NCBI GenBank assembly: GCA_039621445.1
Contig: CP154954.1
Location: forward strand, 8,682,634-8,746,633
Length of the DNA stretch: 64,000 nt
Direction of reading: 5' to 3'
Source: Euglena gracilis
Lineage: Eukaryota
The notes under the pieces were generated by a model. That model was given only the letters and a program-made list of their open reading frames with translations, ran no database searches and was not told the origin of the DNA. Positions 41,401 through 55,500 of the stretch are shown here, one piece after another. Position 1 is the stretch's first letter, and the number at the start of each line of letters is the position of its first letter. The translations under genes and the position numbers were made by a program.

Positions 41401-44400
41401 TTGAACGGCGTATTTTCTGAGATAAACACGTGCCAACGTCTGGGACGTGTGTCCACTTCACACAGGTCGCTGTATTTAAATAAAATTTGATTTGTACTCG
41501 GATTCATTTTTTTTTCACACGCTGCACCCGTGCTGGTCTCACTGGTGGCCCTGGGGCCGACCGGAGAGACAGGCATTGGCAAGACGTTCGTCATCCAGAG
41601 CGTGGCCACAATGGTGGGGGCGACCATGAACGTGCTCAACCTGAACCAGCAGTCCGGCTCCTCGGACTTCATGGGCGGCTTCCGGCCGCTCGACATCCAG
41701 CTGTTGGCCCGGCCGTGGGGGCGTGCCGGTGGGGGCTGTCGAATTACACACACATAGATGGGGATATAACACATGGTCTGTTTATCGTTTAATGAGAATC
41801 ACACAAAGACACCCAGAAGACCATTTTGTCCATATTTTGGAGTTTTAAGTTGTTTTTTTTGCCAGAAAAAAAAGTGCATTACAAGTGGGAAAAATCAACG
41901 TGCTCGAAGTTGATGGGGTTGTCTTTCTGAATGTCTCAGAAATGTCTGGAGGCTGCCAAACAGAATACACAAATGAAGGAAGCAGTGCCAATTATCCGGA
42001 AGAATACCAATTATATGGGTTTCAGCAGGAATGCATCCTTCCCACACAGCAATATTGTTTGCCTCTTCTATCATCTTTAAAGAGCTTGTGTTGATGTGGT
42101 GGATTGTTGGGCCGCGGTGAGAATTTGCCCACAAAAGAGCGAAAAAAAAGATGGTCGAAGAAAAGATTTTGGCAATGTTTCTGGTAGGTTCCCAGGTAAA
42201 ATTCTTAATCATTCAATCTGTTGCTGGCGGGCAATCTGAACAGTAATTCCTCTTAAATCCAGCAAGGATATTCCTGGTTGCTCTGAAAAGACCTTCAGTT
42301 GTCCAATCTTCAACACGTGCGAACAGCAAATTCTCGACAGCTTTGGGCTGGTCATTTTGGTGCTTCGATGCATGGATGCTCCCCCCACCTTGAGCTTGGT
42401 GCAGGGAAGGGAACTGCATGGTGTTGCAGGTATTGCATGGTGTTACACACACACGTTTTCAAAAAAGGGGGGGCAGTTATTCCCCGCCCAAGCCGAGAAT
42501 GGCAAGTCTTTGGGATCCCTGGTCTGTCAGGGGACAATAACTTCGTGGGGTAATTAGGTGGGTTTGATTTGATTTGATTTGATTTGATTTATTTTGAAAT
42601 TTAGTAATTTTGGTTTTGTCAGTTGGCGCCCCTCCCTCTGATCGACGCCGCCACGCGGCTGGCCACTCCTCCACCGCTGGCGGCAGCTCTTCGAGCAAGT
42701 GTTCAGCCTCGCCAAGAACGAGGCGGTGCTGACCTCCGCGGAGACGTTTTGCAGCGACCGCCGGTGGGCCTTGTTGGTGGAGCTCTCCCCACGCGGCTGC
42801 CTGCCTTGTCTGCCTAACTGAGCTCTGGCTATGCATTTGATTGGGCGTTGGCTCCCACGCACATTTGTGAATGTTTGTGCGCACAAACATCGTGCGTGTG
42901 TGTTTTTGATCACGTGTACAATTTCTTTTTGCATCTCGTCGAAGTATTGATTCTTTTCGGGTTTAGGTTCTGATCCAGCAAAGTATTGTTCTCATGTGGA
43001 TCGTTATCGTTGCATTGTGCAACCTTGGCGGAGATAATAAATATTTGCTGTTTTTTTTCCAGTTGAGGTCGATATTTTTTTTTGCTCTTCTGGCTCTGCT
43101 TTTCTTTAAAACTCTGTTGCTTTGCTTGAAAGCATTGCCAATACAGTACATTTTATCCGTTGATGTATTTTTTATGAGCATTACAGCTATTTTTATGTTT
43201 CACATTAATTTATTTTATTGCTTTTGAAGCCACGCAGCTGGGTGGCCGGGGCAGAGCAGCGCTGCCACCGCGCTGAAGAAGCTCCAAAAGCCGCCGCCGG
43301 ACGGTGAGGAGCCGGAGGGGAAGGTGCCGAAGCGGCTGAAGAAGAAGAAGAAGGTGAAGGGCAGCGAGGGAAAGGTGGCGGAGTGGTTGGCCTTCCAGGA
43401 GGTGGCTTGCCTTCCTCCTTCCTGGTTCTGAGTTTCATTAGTCCAACCTACCGACCTATTTGTGCGACATTCATGCAAACACAAGTTGCGAGCCCATAAC
43501 CATAGTCTCGGATGTACACATATGCACAAATGAACACATCCAACCACACACCCACACACCCACACACCCACACCCACAGCACACCCGCACACACAACACG
43601 CGCACGCGCGCACACACTACACACACTTACAACACACGCATATGCACACATACACACAATTCATCACCACCAGACACACACACACACACACACAAACACC
43701 CACACCCACACCCACACCCACCCACACACACAGACACACAAACACACACACACACACACACACAAACACCCACACCCACACACGCACAAACCCTTCCCCC
43801 CCACAGGCGGTGGCGGAGTTCGACCGCAAGCAGCAGGCGGCGGCGAGCAGCTTCATCTTCCAGTTCTTCGAGGGGCTGCTGGTCCAGGCCTGGCGGCAGG
43901 GCTCGTGGCTGCTGCTGGACGAGATCAACCTCGCGGGCAGCAGCACTCTGGAGCGCCTCAGCGCCGCACTGGAGCCCAGCACCGGGTGGCCCTGTGTGTG
44001 TGTGTGTGTGTGTGCATGTGTATGTATGTGTATGTGTGTATGTGTGTATGTATGTGAATTTTTTTTGTATGTGTGTGTATGTATGTATGTTTGTATGTAT
44101 GTATGTGTGTGTGCGTGTGTATGTATGTATGTGTGTGTGAGCGTGTGTATGTATGTATGTATGTTGTGTGTATGTGTGTATATGTATTTATGTGTGTGTA
44201 TGTGTTGTGTGTGTATGTGTGTATGTGTGTGTGGTGTGTATGTGTGTATTTGTGTGTGCCGGTTTTCGGAGGCTAGAATGTGGCCTGGGGATTGGCTTGA
44301 CCCTGATGACTTGTGACCCCCAACCCCCATGGCTGCTGTACCTTGTCAAACATCAGCTCCGCAGAGTTTTCATGTTCATTCCGTTCAACGCTGTGCATTA

Positions 44401-45792
44401 TTGGCTCCATACCAACCCCACACCCAGGAAATTGTTCTCCCCGGGAAACTGTCCTGTAAACTGTACCCCCTTACCCGTCTTCATACGACCTGTCTTCTCT
44501 TCTTCTACCCGTTCATCTGTGTCCTAATTTTTTGAAATTTTTCAATTTTTTTTGTTTCCAAAAAAGGCAATCACCAAGGTTAAAAAATTTGTGAAAAATG
44601 CCTTCCCAGATTTTTTCGGTAGAAAAGGTAGGTATCTGACGCTTTTCTAGGTTTTTTCGGTGGGTATTTTTTTAGGTGTAGAAAAATCATTTTAGAAAAT
44701 GCCTTTTTTGTCCACTAGCCCAGACCTGCCCGGGAAACTGTCCTCTGTCACTGTTGCCGCTGACCTGTCCTTATAGGGCCTCTGTACCTGCTGACTGGTC
44801 TGGAGAAAGTTTCCAAGGGGGAGGGTAGTTTGTTTTCTCGTGGCTCTGTGAACTCTATCACTCTTTTGATTATTTTTTTCATGTTCAATGTTCACACCAG
44901 TTTTCACCCGTACACCAGTTCTCACCCATCCACCTGGCCCTGTTGTCAATGCAGCGTGGCACGCTGTACCTTTCGGAGCGGGGGGACACGGAGCCCATTC
45001 CCATGCATCCCAGAGGGGCTCGGCTTTCCATCGTTTAGGAATGCCCTTTCCAAACCAACCTATTTTCTCACACCAACCTACACGAAAGTTTGACTAGGTT
45101 GAAAATTTGAATCGGCTGTGGGTGACGTCTTCTACCCCCCCCCCAGGAAATATGTATATTTTCCCACCAAGACAAGACACGTGTTCTTCCAACCACAGGA
45201 AGGATGTGGTGAGTTCATCCCCGTCATGTGGTGGGTGGGCTGAGTGAGCGCCCTTTCGATATTTTGCGAAGAAGAAGGAGCAACAAAGAAGAAGCCCGAA
45301 AAATTTTGGATCCAAATTAGACACCCAAAAGTGGTCTCCTCAACCCCCCCCCACCCCCAGGCAGGCGTGAGTCGGTGCCAGGTCTTAAAAATAAAAGAAA
45401 AACAAATAAAAAAGTCAAAATAAACAAACAAACAAACAAATAAATAAAAATAAATAAAAATAAATAAATGAAATGAAATGGGAGTTGGTGACGCCGCGCC
45501 CCGGGCCAACTTCCGGCTGTTCGCATGCATGAACCCGCCCACCGACGTCGGCAAGAAGGACCTGCCCCCCGCGCTGCGGTCGCGGTTCACGGAGGTGTAC
45601 GTGCCGGACCAGCTGGACCGCACGGACGTTGCCATCGTGGTCCAGCACTACCTCGCGAACCTCACTGCCAGCCCGCCCGTCGACGACGTCGTCGAGTTCT
45701 ACATCCAGTGTGTCAAGGTGTGTACCGGGTCATGTCTGTGTGCGTGTGTGTGGTGTGCATGTGTTTGTGTGTGTGTGTGTGTGTGTGTGCAT

Positions 45793-45831
<39 letters not shown>

Positions 45832-46509
45832 CGCGCACGTGTGTGTGCGCGCGCACCTTGCAGGGATATATCTCCTTTTTTCTGCTGGCCAAGGTGACAG
45901 TGTGCAGTTTGTGGTGTAACAAGCTGGCGATTTTAGGCATTGCGTGCTTCTGCAGAATGTAGCCAGGGCATCACATTTACCTCTCAACGCCTCTCCGGGA
46001 ACCCGTCTCCTCTGCCAATCTTGTCGTCATGGCTGCCAACCATTTGCTCCCCGGCTTCCAGGCCAGCGCAACGCAGCTCACCGATGGCAACCCGTCCAAC
46101 CCCAAACCCCACTACACCCTGCGAACCCTCAGCGCCTCCCAGGCTGGTGTGGCATTGCCGCACTGGTTTCTGAAGCATTGATTTGCTTGGGGTTTGGACC
46201 GTGGCCAGAGTCGCCACTGCTGGGGATAGAAGGCACGTGGCATCATATATTAATATTTTGTTTACAGTTTACTCACTTGTCATTTCTGGCTTTCCATCAT
46301 CTCACCTCAACTGTCTGGGGTTGAGTTGGAGGAGCTTGCCCAAAATTGGATTGCAGATTAGTGCCCAAATAAGTGTCACCCCTGAGGGTCCAAAGCTTCG
46401 GTCTGATAATGTGCACACCCTGTGCACTTAAATGGGGGGTCATGGTCCCCAGTCAGGTCCCTCCACACACACACACACACACACAACACAGCACACAACA
46501 CACAACACA

Positions 46510-46540
<31 letters not shown>

Positions 46541-49500
46541 TATACACACACAACACACACACCAGCCTGCCGCCGCCCTGAATTTTACCCGGCTGGCCAT
46601 CGGGGTGTACGGCTTCCACGCCGCGCTGCAGGAGGGCATCCGCATGGCGTTTGGCACTCAGATCGCCCGCAAGTACCACCCGGTGTTGGAGGGGCTGACC
46701 GGGACTGGCCCGACTGTGATGCCGAGGCCAAAGTCATACACCGGAAGCAACGCGCTGGGATTAAATTTGTAAACAAAGCAAAGGAAAGGGGGATAAAAAA
46801 TGGCCAAGAAACAGAATGTGTCAAAGTTGGGTGGTCTGAATCAGAGGCTGGATAGTTTTTTGATCAAAAATCCCAAAAGGATGATGGATTTCGGGTTTTT
46901 TTTTAGAATGCCATTATATTTTTTTGGGGGATTGCAACAGGAAGGTAATAGGATAGGAAGATAATCCGAGAGGTTTTGGGAAGTATGCCAGACAAGCACC
47001 GCCCAGACGAGGGAGGTCAGCCTGTTGTGGAAATGGAAAGTGTTCTTTCCGCTCTGTGGCGGGGGAAGCGCCACAGTGACGGGTCCCGCGGGAGATCCGG
47101 AAGCACATTGTCAAGAACCCTCAGGCTCCTCCAGACTGCTCCCTGGCGCAGCCCTTCTGCCTGTCTTTCTTCCAATTTCACAGTGGGTTATTATGTTATT
47201 GCTACGCAACTATTTTGATTTTTAATTTCTTTGGGTGTGAATCTGGGATCAAAAAAACATTTCCCATAAATGGCCGACTATTTTATTAATTCTTCATGCA
47301 TTGTTTTCAAGCAATCGTAAAATATTTCTTGACTGATGAGTAAATGGATCGATGATGAGTGCCACGCGTCTGCTATGTTTTCCCCGATTGTTGTGCATTT
47401 TTGTCCTCCGTGCTCGGGGCTCTCTATTCATGTCTCCAAATATGGCAAAAAATCGATGCTTCCAAAATATCTCGGAAATGAAGAAAAATCAAAGAAAATG
47501 TCTGGAGACCTAAATAGAAACCCTTGGAACGCCCTATGTAACGTATTTTGATTTCCCCGTAACTCCCCGCCGAGCCCGAGATATGACCGCTCAAAACGGT
47601 ACGGGGCGGTGTGCTCACCCCCCCCCCCGGGACAGGCTGAGCGCAGCCCATCGCGGTGCCCAAGGCCCCCGGCCCCAACTTCATCGCATTCGAGCATATC
47701 TGGCTGGAGAAGGGGCCCCTCGAGGCGACCGTCAACACGAAGTACATCCTGACCCCCTCCGTGAAGGTCCGCGCGGCGCAGCATCGGCTGCATGTTTGGG
47801 AACAACTTTTTGGAGAATGCAGTTCTGGAGCACGTACCTACCCCCCCCCCCGGGAAATTGTTCTCCCCAGGGAACTGTCACCGAAGCCCAGTACTCGCTG
47901 ACCTGTCCTCATATGTTTCTGTGCTCGCTGACCTGACAGGTGACCGTTTCCTGGGGGGGGTAATGGTTGTCCTTTGGGCCCATGGAGGCCACATAACCGA
48001 AGCAAAATATAGATCCTGCCACAATGGCATGACTGTGTTGACTGAAGGTTGGTTTTAGGAAAATATCTAACATTTTTTATCCAGCATTAACTCAAAAATG
48101 AGTGATATTTGGTGTGATTGATACCGTTATGTGACGTAATAAGGGTTCAAGTCCTTTCTACCCCCCCCCCCGGGAAACTGTCATGCCCAAGAACCTGTCA
48201 GGGTTCCGCCCGGGAAGCTGAGGGTCCCTGGTACTGGTCAGTTCATCAGAAAAGGTAGTTGTCCGGGTCCCAGATACCGACCAATTTGTCAGGGTTTAAA
48301 ATTTTGCATTATTCGTTCACATTCGTGTGATCTACCTCCAAGGTTGTGAGTCTTGATCAAATTTGTGGCTATGTGTCCCATATCTTGTCATATGGCATGC
48401 CAAGTTCCCGAATTTTTGAGGGCCCGCCCGGGAACTGTCAAGGGCCATGCCCAAGAACCTGTCAGCGTCCCGCCTGGGAAACTGTCGGGTCCCTGGGACT
48501 GGCCAACCTGTCAGGTGACAGTTTCCCGGGGGTAGGTAATATTTTTTACCAATTTCGATTTTTGGTCATTTTAATTTTATAATAATATAATTAATTAATA
48601 TTAATATAACAATATAATTAATCACAATTCAGACCGTGGGTAGTCCGGTGCAAGCCTCCGGCCACTTCGCCCCCCGGATGCAGCGCCGGGGGCACCTCAC
48701 CAACCTGGCGCGGATCGTGATGGCGAAGCGGCCCGTGCTGCTGCAGGGGCCCACGTCCTCCGGCAAGACCAGCATGGTGGAGTACCTCGCCCAGCGCACG
48801 GGGCATCGCTTCGTCCGCATCAACAACCACCACAACACCGCCCGCCCCGGCCCTCAGCATCTGGGCCAGACCTGCCCCCCCCCCCCTGTCATTTTAGGAC
48901 CGTTCCAGTTCCAGATGACCGGCCACCTTGGAGTGCCGGCCTGGCAGTTGTCACCCAGGTTTGGACTCGCTGATTTGTCGGGTAACAATTCCTCGGGGGG
49001 GGGGGCGTTACCAACCTTGGCTGGCCGGTGCCAAAAGCACCTCCGTGATGTTCTTCTTCTCCTGGCCCATATTGATTGCCGTCCATACGCCGTCAAGCTC
49101 GCTCCGGCGCTAATTGGGTGTGCCGGGCCGAGATTCTGGCGTGAGTGCCGGAGGTGCAGCCTGACCTGCAGGAGTATTTCGGGACGTACATCAGTGACAA
49201 GCGGGGCAAGCTGTACTTCCAAGAGGGTATCCTGGTGGAGGCTTGCCGCAACGGGTACTGAACAGGCCGGGGCATCGGCGACGGCCTGATTCAGAGTGTG
49301 AGCTCCACACATCTTTATCCACGTTTCGTCATTTAATATACATATTATACATCCATATTATTAATTAGTACTATTAAAACAATATGCATGTGTGTATTAA
49401 TTTAATGTATTATGTATTAAACCTCTTCCACTGGCTGTTTTTTCGAATTGGGTTCCCAAGTATCGCACCTGGCGTCAACAAATGGGGCAAAGGCACAAAG

Positions 49501-52500
49501 GCACAGTGGCTTGAGAAGCATTTTATGGCGCAGAGGGGGGGGGAGTGTATGCTTGCCTGGGTTGTGGGACCCCAGGACACAATGTGACCAGCCGTCGCGG
49601 AGTTGGTCGAACTCAGCCTCTTGAAAGGTTTTCGCTGCTGCATTCGTACAGGGGGGAATGCATTTCGCATTTTTTTTCGCATTTTTTTTGTGTTTTTGCT
49701 CATTTTTGCGCTTTTTGCGTATTCTTTGCACATATTTTGGGCTTTTTTTTTCGCGGCCGGGTTAGCACATCCCCCCCTGACTTATGCAAAACGGCTTGGG
49801 AACCAGGATGACTTTTTTGGCGCAGAGGGGGGGGGAGTGTATTGTGGAAACCAGGACACAGTTTGACCAGACGTCGCAGGGTTGGTCGAATTCAGCCTGT
49901 TGAAAGGTTTTCGCTGCTGCATTCGCAGGGGGGGGGGGGATGCATTTTGTATTTTGCTTTTTTTTTGCATTTTTGTGCTTGTTTGCATTTTTTTTTGCAC
50001 ATGTTTTGCGCATTTTTTTTCTGGGGCCGGGCGACATTAGCAGACGGCTCGCAGTGGACATCCCCAACCCCGAGCCCCGCCTGCCCTCGGGTGGTGCTTG
50101 ACGAGCTCAACTTGGCCCCCTCAGAGATCCTCGAGGCGTTGAACCGGCTGTTGGACGACAACCGTGAACTGGTCATCCCCGAGACGCAGGCGGTGATCAA
50201 ACCACGCCCCCCGGTGCCCCTTTGATAGTGATGGTGCCCCGTGTAATGTCGTGCTGTATTCCAATGTAACAACTGAAGTGGGGTGTATTGGCCTGGATGG
50301 GGAAATCTTAGTTTGCAATTTCCGGTTTGTAATGTGGGTTGGTGATTTGGAGATGGGTCGGTGCGGCAGCCACTTTTTAGCCCCCCCCCCTTGCAGTTGG
50401 TGGACGTCACAGTGGTTGGCATTTCAGTAATATTATTTCATTCAAATGCTATTAAATTATTATTATTGTTATTTTCAAACTTTATTTATTTCAAATGTCC
50501 CGCCTGTTCAAAACACAACGTGTCGGTGGCATATCACATGCCCTGTGTTTTAACCCCAGAGCATTGCCTTGGGAAGGCGTGAGAGAGGAGCGGCATTGGC
50601 CACTTGGGGCGCCGGGGCCCACACCCCCACTTCCACCTCTTTGCGACACAGAACCCGCCGATGCTCTATGGCGGCCGCAAGGTGCTGTCCCGCGCGTTCC
50701 GCAACCGCTTCGTGGAGCTGCAGGTGGACGACATCCCCCACGAGGAGCTGCACGCCATCCTGGAGGAGCGCTACCGCCTCCCCGCCCGGCCATGCCCACC
50801 CTGTTTCTCGGCCAAAAAGCAAGTGTGACAGCATGAGAAAGCTGTTTCGGATTAGTGAACAAGCAAACCAAAAGTCTTGGTTTCAAATGAAATTTGCAAT
50901 GGATCATTTATATGGAAAAAACGAATGTGCATAGGTGTATGTGTGGGTGTGCACAGATATACACCATTTGCACATTCCAAAAACATGATCTTTGAATGCT
51001 CTTGTGGTGTATGAACGGAAACAAGTGGCATCATAATGGCGGCCCACGTCCGACTCTCCTGCCGCGAAAATTTTCCCATTTTCCTATTCCCGTTTCCTGA
51101 CAAGAAAAAAGCAGAAGTTGCGGAGAGAAGGTGGGGAGGCCGTGGCCAAGAGCTGGGTCAGCAAGATGATCCGGGTGATGGTGCACCTCCAGGTGCTGCG
51201 GCAGAACAGCCAGCTGTTCGCCGGCAAGCATGGCTTCATCACCCCGCGCGACCTGTTCAAGTGGGCCAGCCGCGGCCTCGGTTTCGCCCACCGGTTTGCT
51301 CCCAAAAAAGCAAGTAAGTCATTTCATCCCGAAATCAGCCTCCTGATTGAAGAAGACATTATTGAAACACACCGCCATCCATCTGTATATGAATTATCCG
51401 TGGGTATGCATCCACATCTGCAATAATCACGAAGGGTGCACTTTCGTGAAGGGTGGGGGCAGAATCAGGCAATGCCAAATGAATCAAATACTTGATGGAA
51501 ATGGGCATGCCAGAGGTTTCACAGCAGACCGACATGCCCCACAGCAAACACATATTATCATATTCATATTAATATTGGTATATATACGTATGTGCATGTG
51601 CATATGTGTGTGTTTGTGTGTATATGTATATATGTATGGCAGCTGCCTGCTACTCCCCCCCCCCCAGGGGGGAGCATGCTAAAACCCGGGTCCGACTTTG
51701 GGGGAAAGTCGGGGTTATTGTTTGGGATAGGGTTAAGGTTACGACCGGTATCCCGTCGGGCCCCCCTTTTCAAGAGTTTAGGGAGAAGTCAGGCCGCATT
51801 CGGGCAACGTTTAGGCAAAACGGGTTCCCAAAAATCTTCCCAAAGGGGAATCTACCTTTCGGCCTAGTTGCCCCCCCCCCAAATATAAAAACCCCCCGGT
51901 TTTATATTTGGGCGGAAATTTCAAGACCCCGAGGGGGGTTTTATATTGGGGGGGGTTATATTCGGTCGGAAAAATCAACTTCCTGGCAGGATCCAGTAGT
52001 CACTTTTTCGGTCCAAAATCACAAATACGCCCACCCTTGGGGTCCAAAAATTTCAGTTTTCAGGCAAAGGAGCAATTTTCACATGTTCTTGGTAAAAAGT
52101 GCACCCAAATCTGCCAAAAATCACAATTTCGGGAGAGATTTTGTCGAAAAATTTTCCTTCCGGTGCTTTGCGCCGGAGGGGGGGGGGTTATATTCGGGCG
52201 GGATTTCAAGGTCCTCAGGGAGGGTTTTATATTTGGAGGGGGGGGTTTGTATTTGGGGGGGGTTATATTTGGGGGGGGGTTACCCATTTTCATTATGCCA
52301 ATCCTAACCCTATTCTTAAAATTGCGCACGCATTCTCCCTGGATCGGCCAACGGTTTGCCTGAAAACGTCGTGTTTCCCGGGCGAAACGGACCGAAAAAA
52401 ATACGAGAAGTCGGACGTGGGTGTCACCCCCCCCCCCTGATTACTACTCGCTGTCCCGGGGGCAAGCAGTAGGTAGCTGCCATATGCATATGTATTTTTG

Positions 52501-55500
52501 TGTGTACATGCATGTATGTATATACACAGCATACACGCTATATGTATGTGTGAGTGTTTGCACATTGTATATGTTTTATGCACATGGACATGTCTTTTTT
52601 GTATGGTTTCGTGTAAATACTCCAGATCGCAAGGAGCAAGCGGGTGCCCCCATCGAGGACCTCGCCCACCACGGCTTCATGCTGCTCGGCGAGCGGTGCC
52701 GGCGGCCGGAGGAGCGGGCGGTGGTGCGCCAGACGCTGGAGAAGGAGTGCGGCGTCGTGATCGACGAGGCGCGGCTGTACGACTGCTTCGCCAACCCGAC
52801 GCTGAAGCCGCTGCTGGACCGCATGGCGGCCGTGAAGGACACACAGGGCGGCCCCCGGGCGATGGGGGGCCCAGCCCGCGCGTCGGGACAAACGTCCTGC
52901 CGTTTCTCTGAGGCCGTCCGCTTGAAGCGCCAACCGGCTGGCTGTCAGGTGGGAGAGTGAAGTTGAAAGGCCTCCATGGGGGACAGATGGCGTAGAGTAG
53001 AGTACCCCACAGTGCTCCACAGTACTTCACAGTATTCCACAACACCCCCCACCCCCCCACAGACACATACCCCCCACAGACCCCACACTTAAGTGCGGGG
53101 GCTCCGTTTTATATCATATGTGCCCCGGGAGGCTGACATCTCCGATTATCCCGGCTGATTTGGGGGGTATTCTCCACCCACGGCGGCAACAGCATGCTCT
53201 CCACCTGGGAACTCAATTCCGGCTTGGCCACTCCTGTGGTGACTTGGGGTTGAGCGTGCCGCTCTGCCGGCCGACAGCTCACTGAACGCCCTGGTGTGGA
53301 CCCACAGCCTGAAGCGGCTCTTCTCCCTCGTCGGGTGGTGCATGCACTTCGACGAGCCGTTCGTGCTGGTCGGGGACACGGGCGGCGGCAAGACCACCAT
53401 CTGCCAGCTGTACGCCGCCCTGACCGGACAGCAGCTGTCCATCCAGGCTTCTTTTTAAGTCACCTGACCCCCCCCCCCCCCCCCCCGGGGGGGGGGGTGG
53501 GTCCGGGCCGGACTCCCCGGGGGGGGGGGTCCCGCGCCGGAGGCGCCGGGTATACCTTTTTGCCGCGAAGCGCCGAAATTTTTTGAAAATTGCCTTTAGC
53601 GGGCCCGATTTTGGGGGGGTCCCCGCCCCCCCCCCCCTGGGGGGTTCCCGCGCCACCCTGGTTGGGTGGGGGGGGCCCCCCCCTCCCCCCCGGGGGTCTT
53701 AAAAAGAAGCCTGTGTCCATCGTCAACTGCCACCAGCACAGCGAGAGCTCCAGGGACGGCGGTGTGGAGCCCCCAAACTTGGTGATGCGAGCCCCCCCCC
53801 CCCAAACTCTGGCCCAGTCTACTGCATGGATCAGATAGTCCGGATATTAAATATTTTTCAAAAGAGTAATTAAAAGGGAAAAAAAAGAAATAAAATCAAA
53901 ATATATGAACGTTTAATAAAATTGTAAATCATAAATTGTAAATAAACATAAACAAATTTAAGTATATAAATAATTCAAATAATTATAAATTCTGAAAAAA
54001 ATATAAACCTGAGTGTAATATAAATCAAAGATGTTTTTGATCTCTACCAATGGGAAACGGTCCATCAGGCATGCGTCCATTTGTCAGGACTGGCTGGCCA
54101 CCCGGCCAACGTCAGGGCCGGGCCACACCGCCGTGGGGCCGACTTCCTCGGGAGCCTACGGCCCGCCTCAGCAGAACTGGCGGCCCAGGGCAAACTGTTC
54201 GCATGGGCGGACGGCCCGCTGGTGACCGCCGTCCGGGGCGTGCCTTCTTCGGCTGCCAAATTTTGCCCATCAAGAGAGATGTATTTGAAATCGCGCTTTT
54301 TGCATAAAATATTTTGCCCTGGAAAAATTTTTTGTAGTTGGTCGCCAGGCCTGGGGTCTTTGATATTTTCACCCTGTTAAAAGGCAGCTTTGCAGAGGAG
54401 TGAATTTTTTCCGAGTTTGTTATTGTCATTTCAGCTTCCATCGTGGCCGACAGTCAAGAGGAATCAATTCTGGAAGGAGGTTTGGTGGACGAGGGTGAAG
54501 TACCCCCTGAAGAAGAAGAAGAAGAAGAAGAAGAAGAAGAAGAAGAAGAAGAGGAAGACTCACCTCAAAAGAAGAGGAAGTTCCATTATGGAGCGAAGTC
54601 AACTCCAAGCTCCCGTACATATTCCGGCTCCAAAAAACGTGTGGAAAAACGTGGGTGGAGCCAGAATATGCTGCCGTTGCAAGCAATTCCCATTTGGTAC
54701 ATTTGAAGTCCGGGGTGAGTCAATGTGGTGTGTGGCTTGCCTGAAGCTTGCTTAGACTGAACGTGCAGGTGCCATCCATGTCGATTTTCAACGCTTCAGT
54801 GTTTGCCATTGTCTTCCAGGAGGTCGTCTTTGTGAATCATTGACAGGTACACCGGCATTGTCACATGTTTTCGGATTTTGGGCAGCAAAACTCTGTTATA
54901 TTCCTGCATTTTCTCAGGGGTTTTATGCAAGTTGCATTTTTTTGCATTTTTTTTGCATTTTTTTTGCATTTTTTTTGCTTTTTTTTTGACTTGCATAATT
55001 TGAAGGGCCAAGTTGCATATCCTCCCCCTAGACCATGACACCGCAATGGCGAGACGTCGCCCTGGGGCCATGAAGCAGGGGTACCACTTCATGCTCGACG
55101 AGGTCAACCTCGCGGAGGACTCTGTCCTGGAGCGGCTGAACTCCGTCTTCGAGAGCGGCCGCACCTTGACCCTCCCTACCCAGCCCCAGCCGGAAGCGAA
55201 AGCCATCTCGATCACTCTTCTCCGTTCAAGAGAGGAGGTGTGGTGGCCCCCTTCATCGATGTCTCTTTCATCCAAATATATACCGACGTATCTGGGCACA
55301 AACAAACAAGCTTTATCCAAATGGCATCAAATCAAGGCTGGCGTCCACGTCCGTGAGGGCCGAAAACCTACGCCGGGACAAAACAGATTTGCAGTCAGAA
55401 TTCCTCCTCTCCTGCCCTCCCCACCCCCGTGAACCTGCCCTACCTGGTAACCTGCAGGGCCGTACACCAAACTGTCAGAGTCCCTCCCTGTCCTGGGCCA

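Noticed and set aside
51720-52315. Telomere or interstitial telomeric array
   Set aside because: Only one or two degenerate TTAGGG-like units, inside a MITE.
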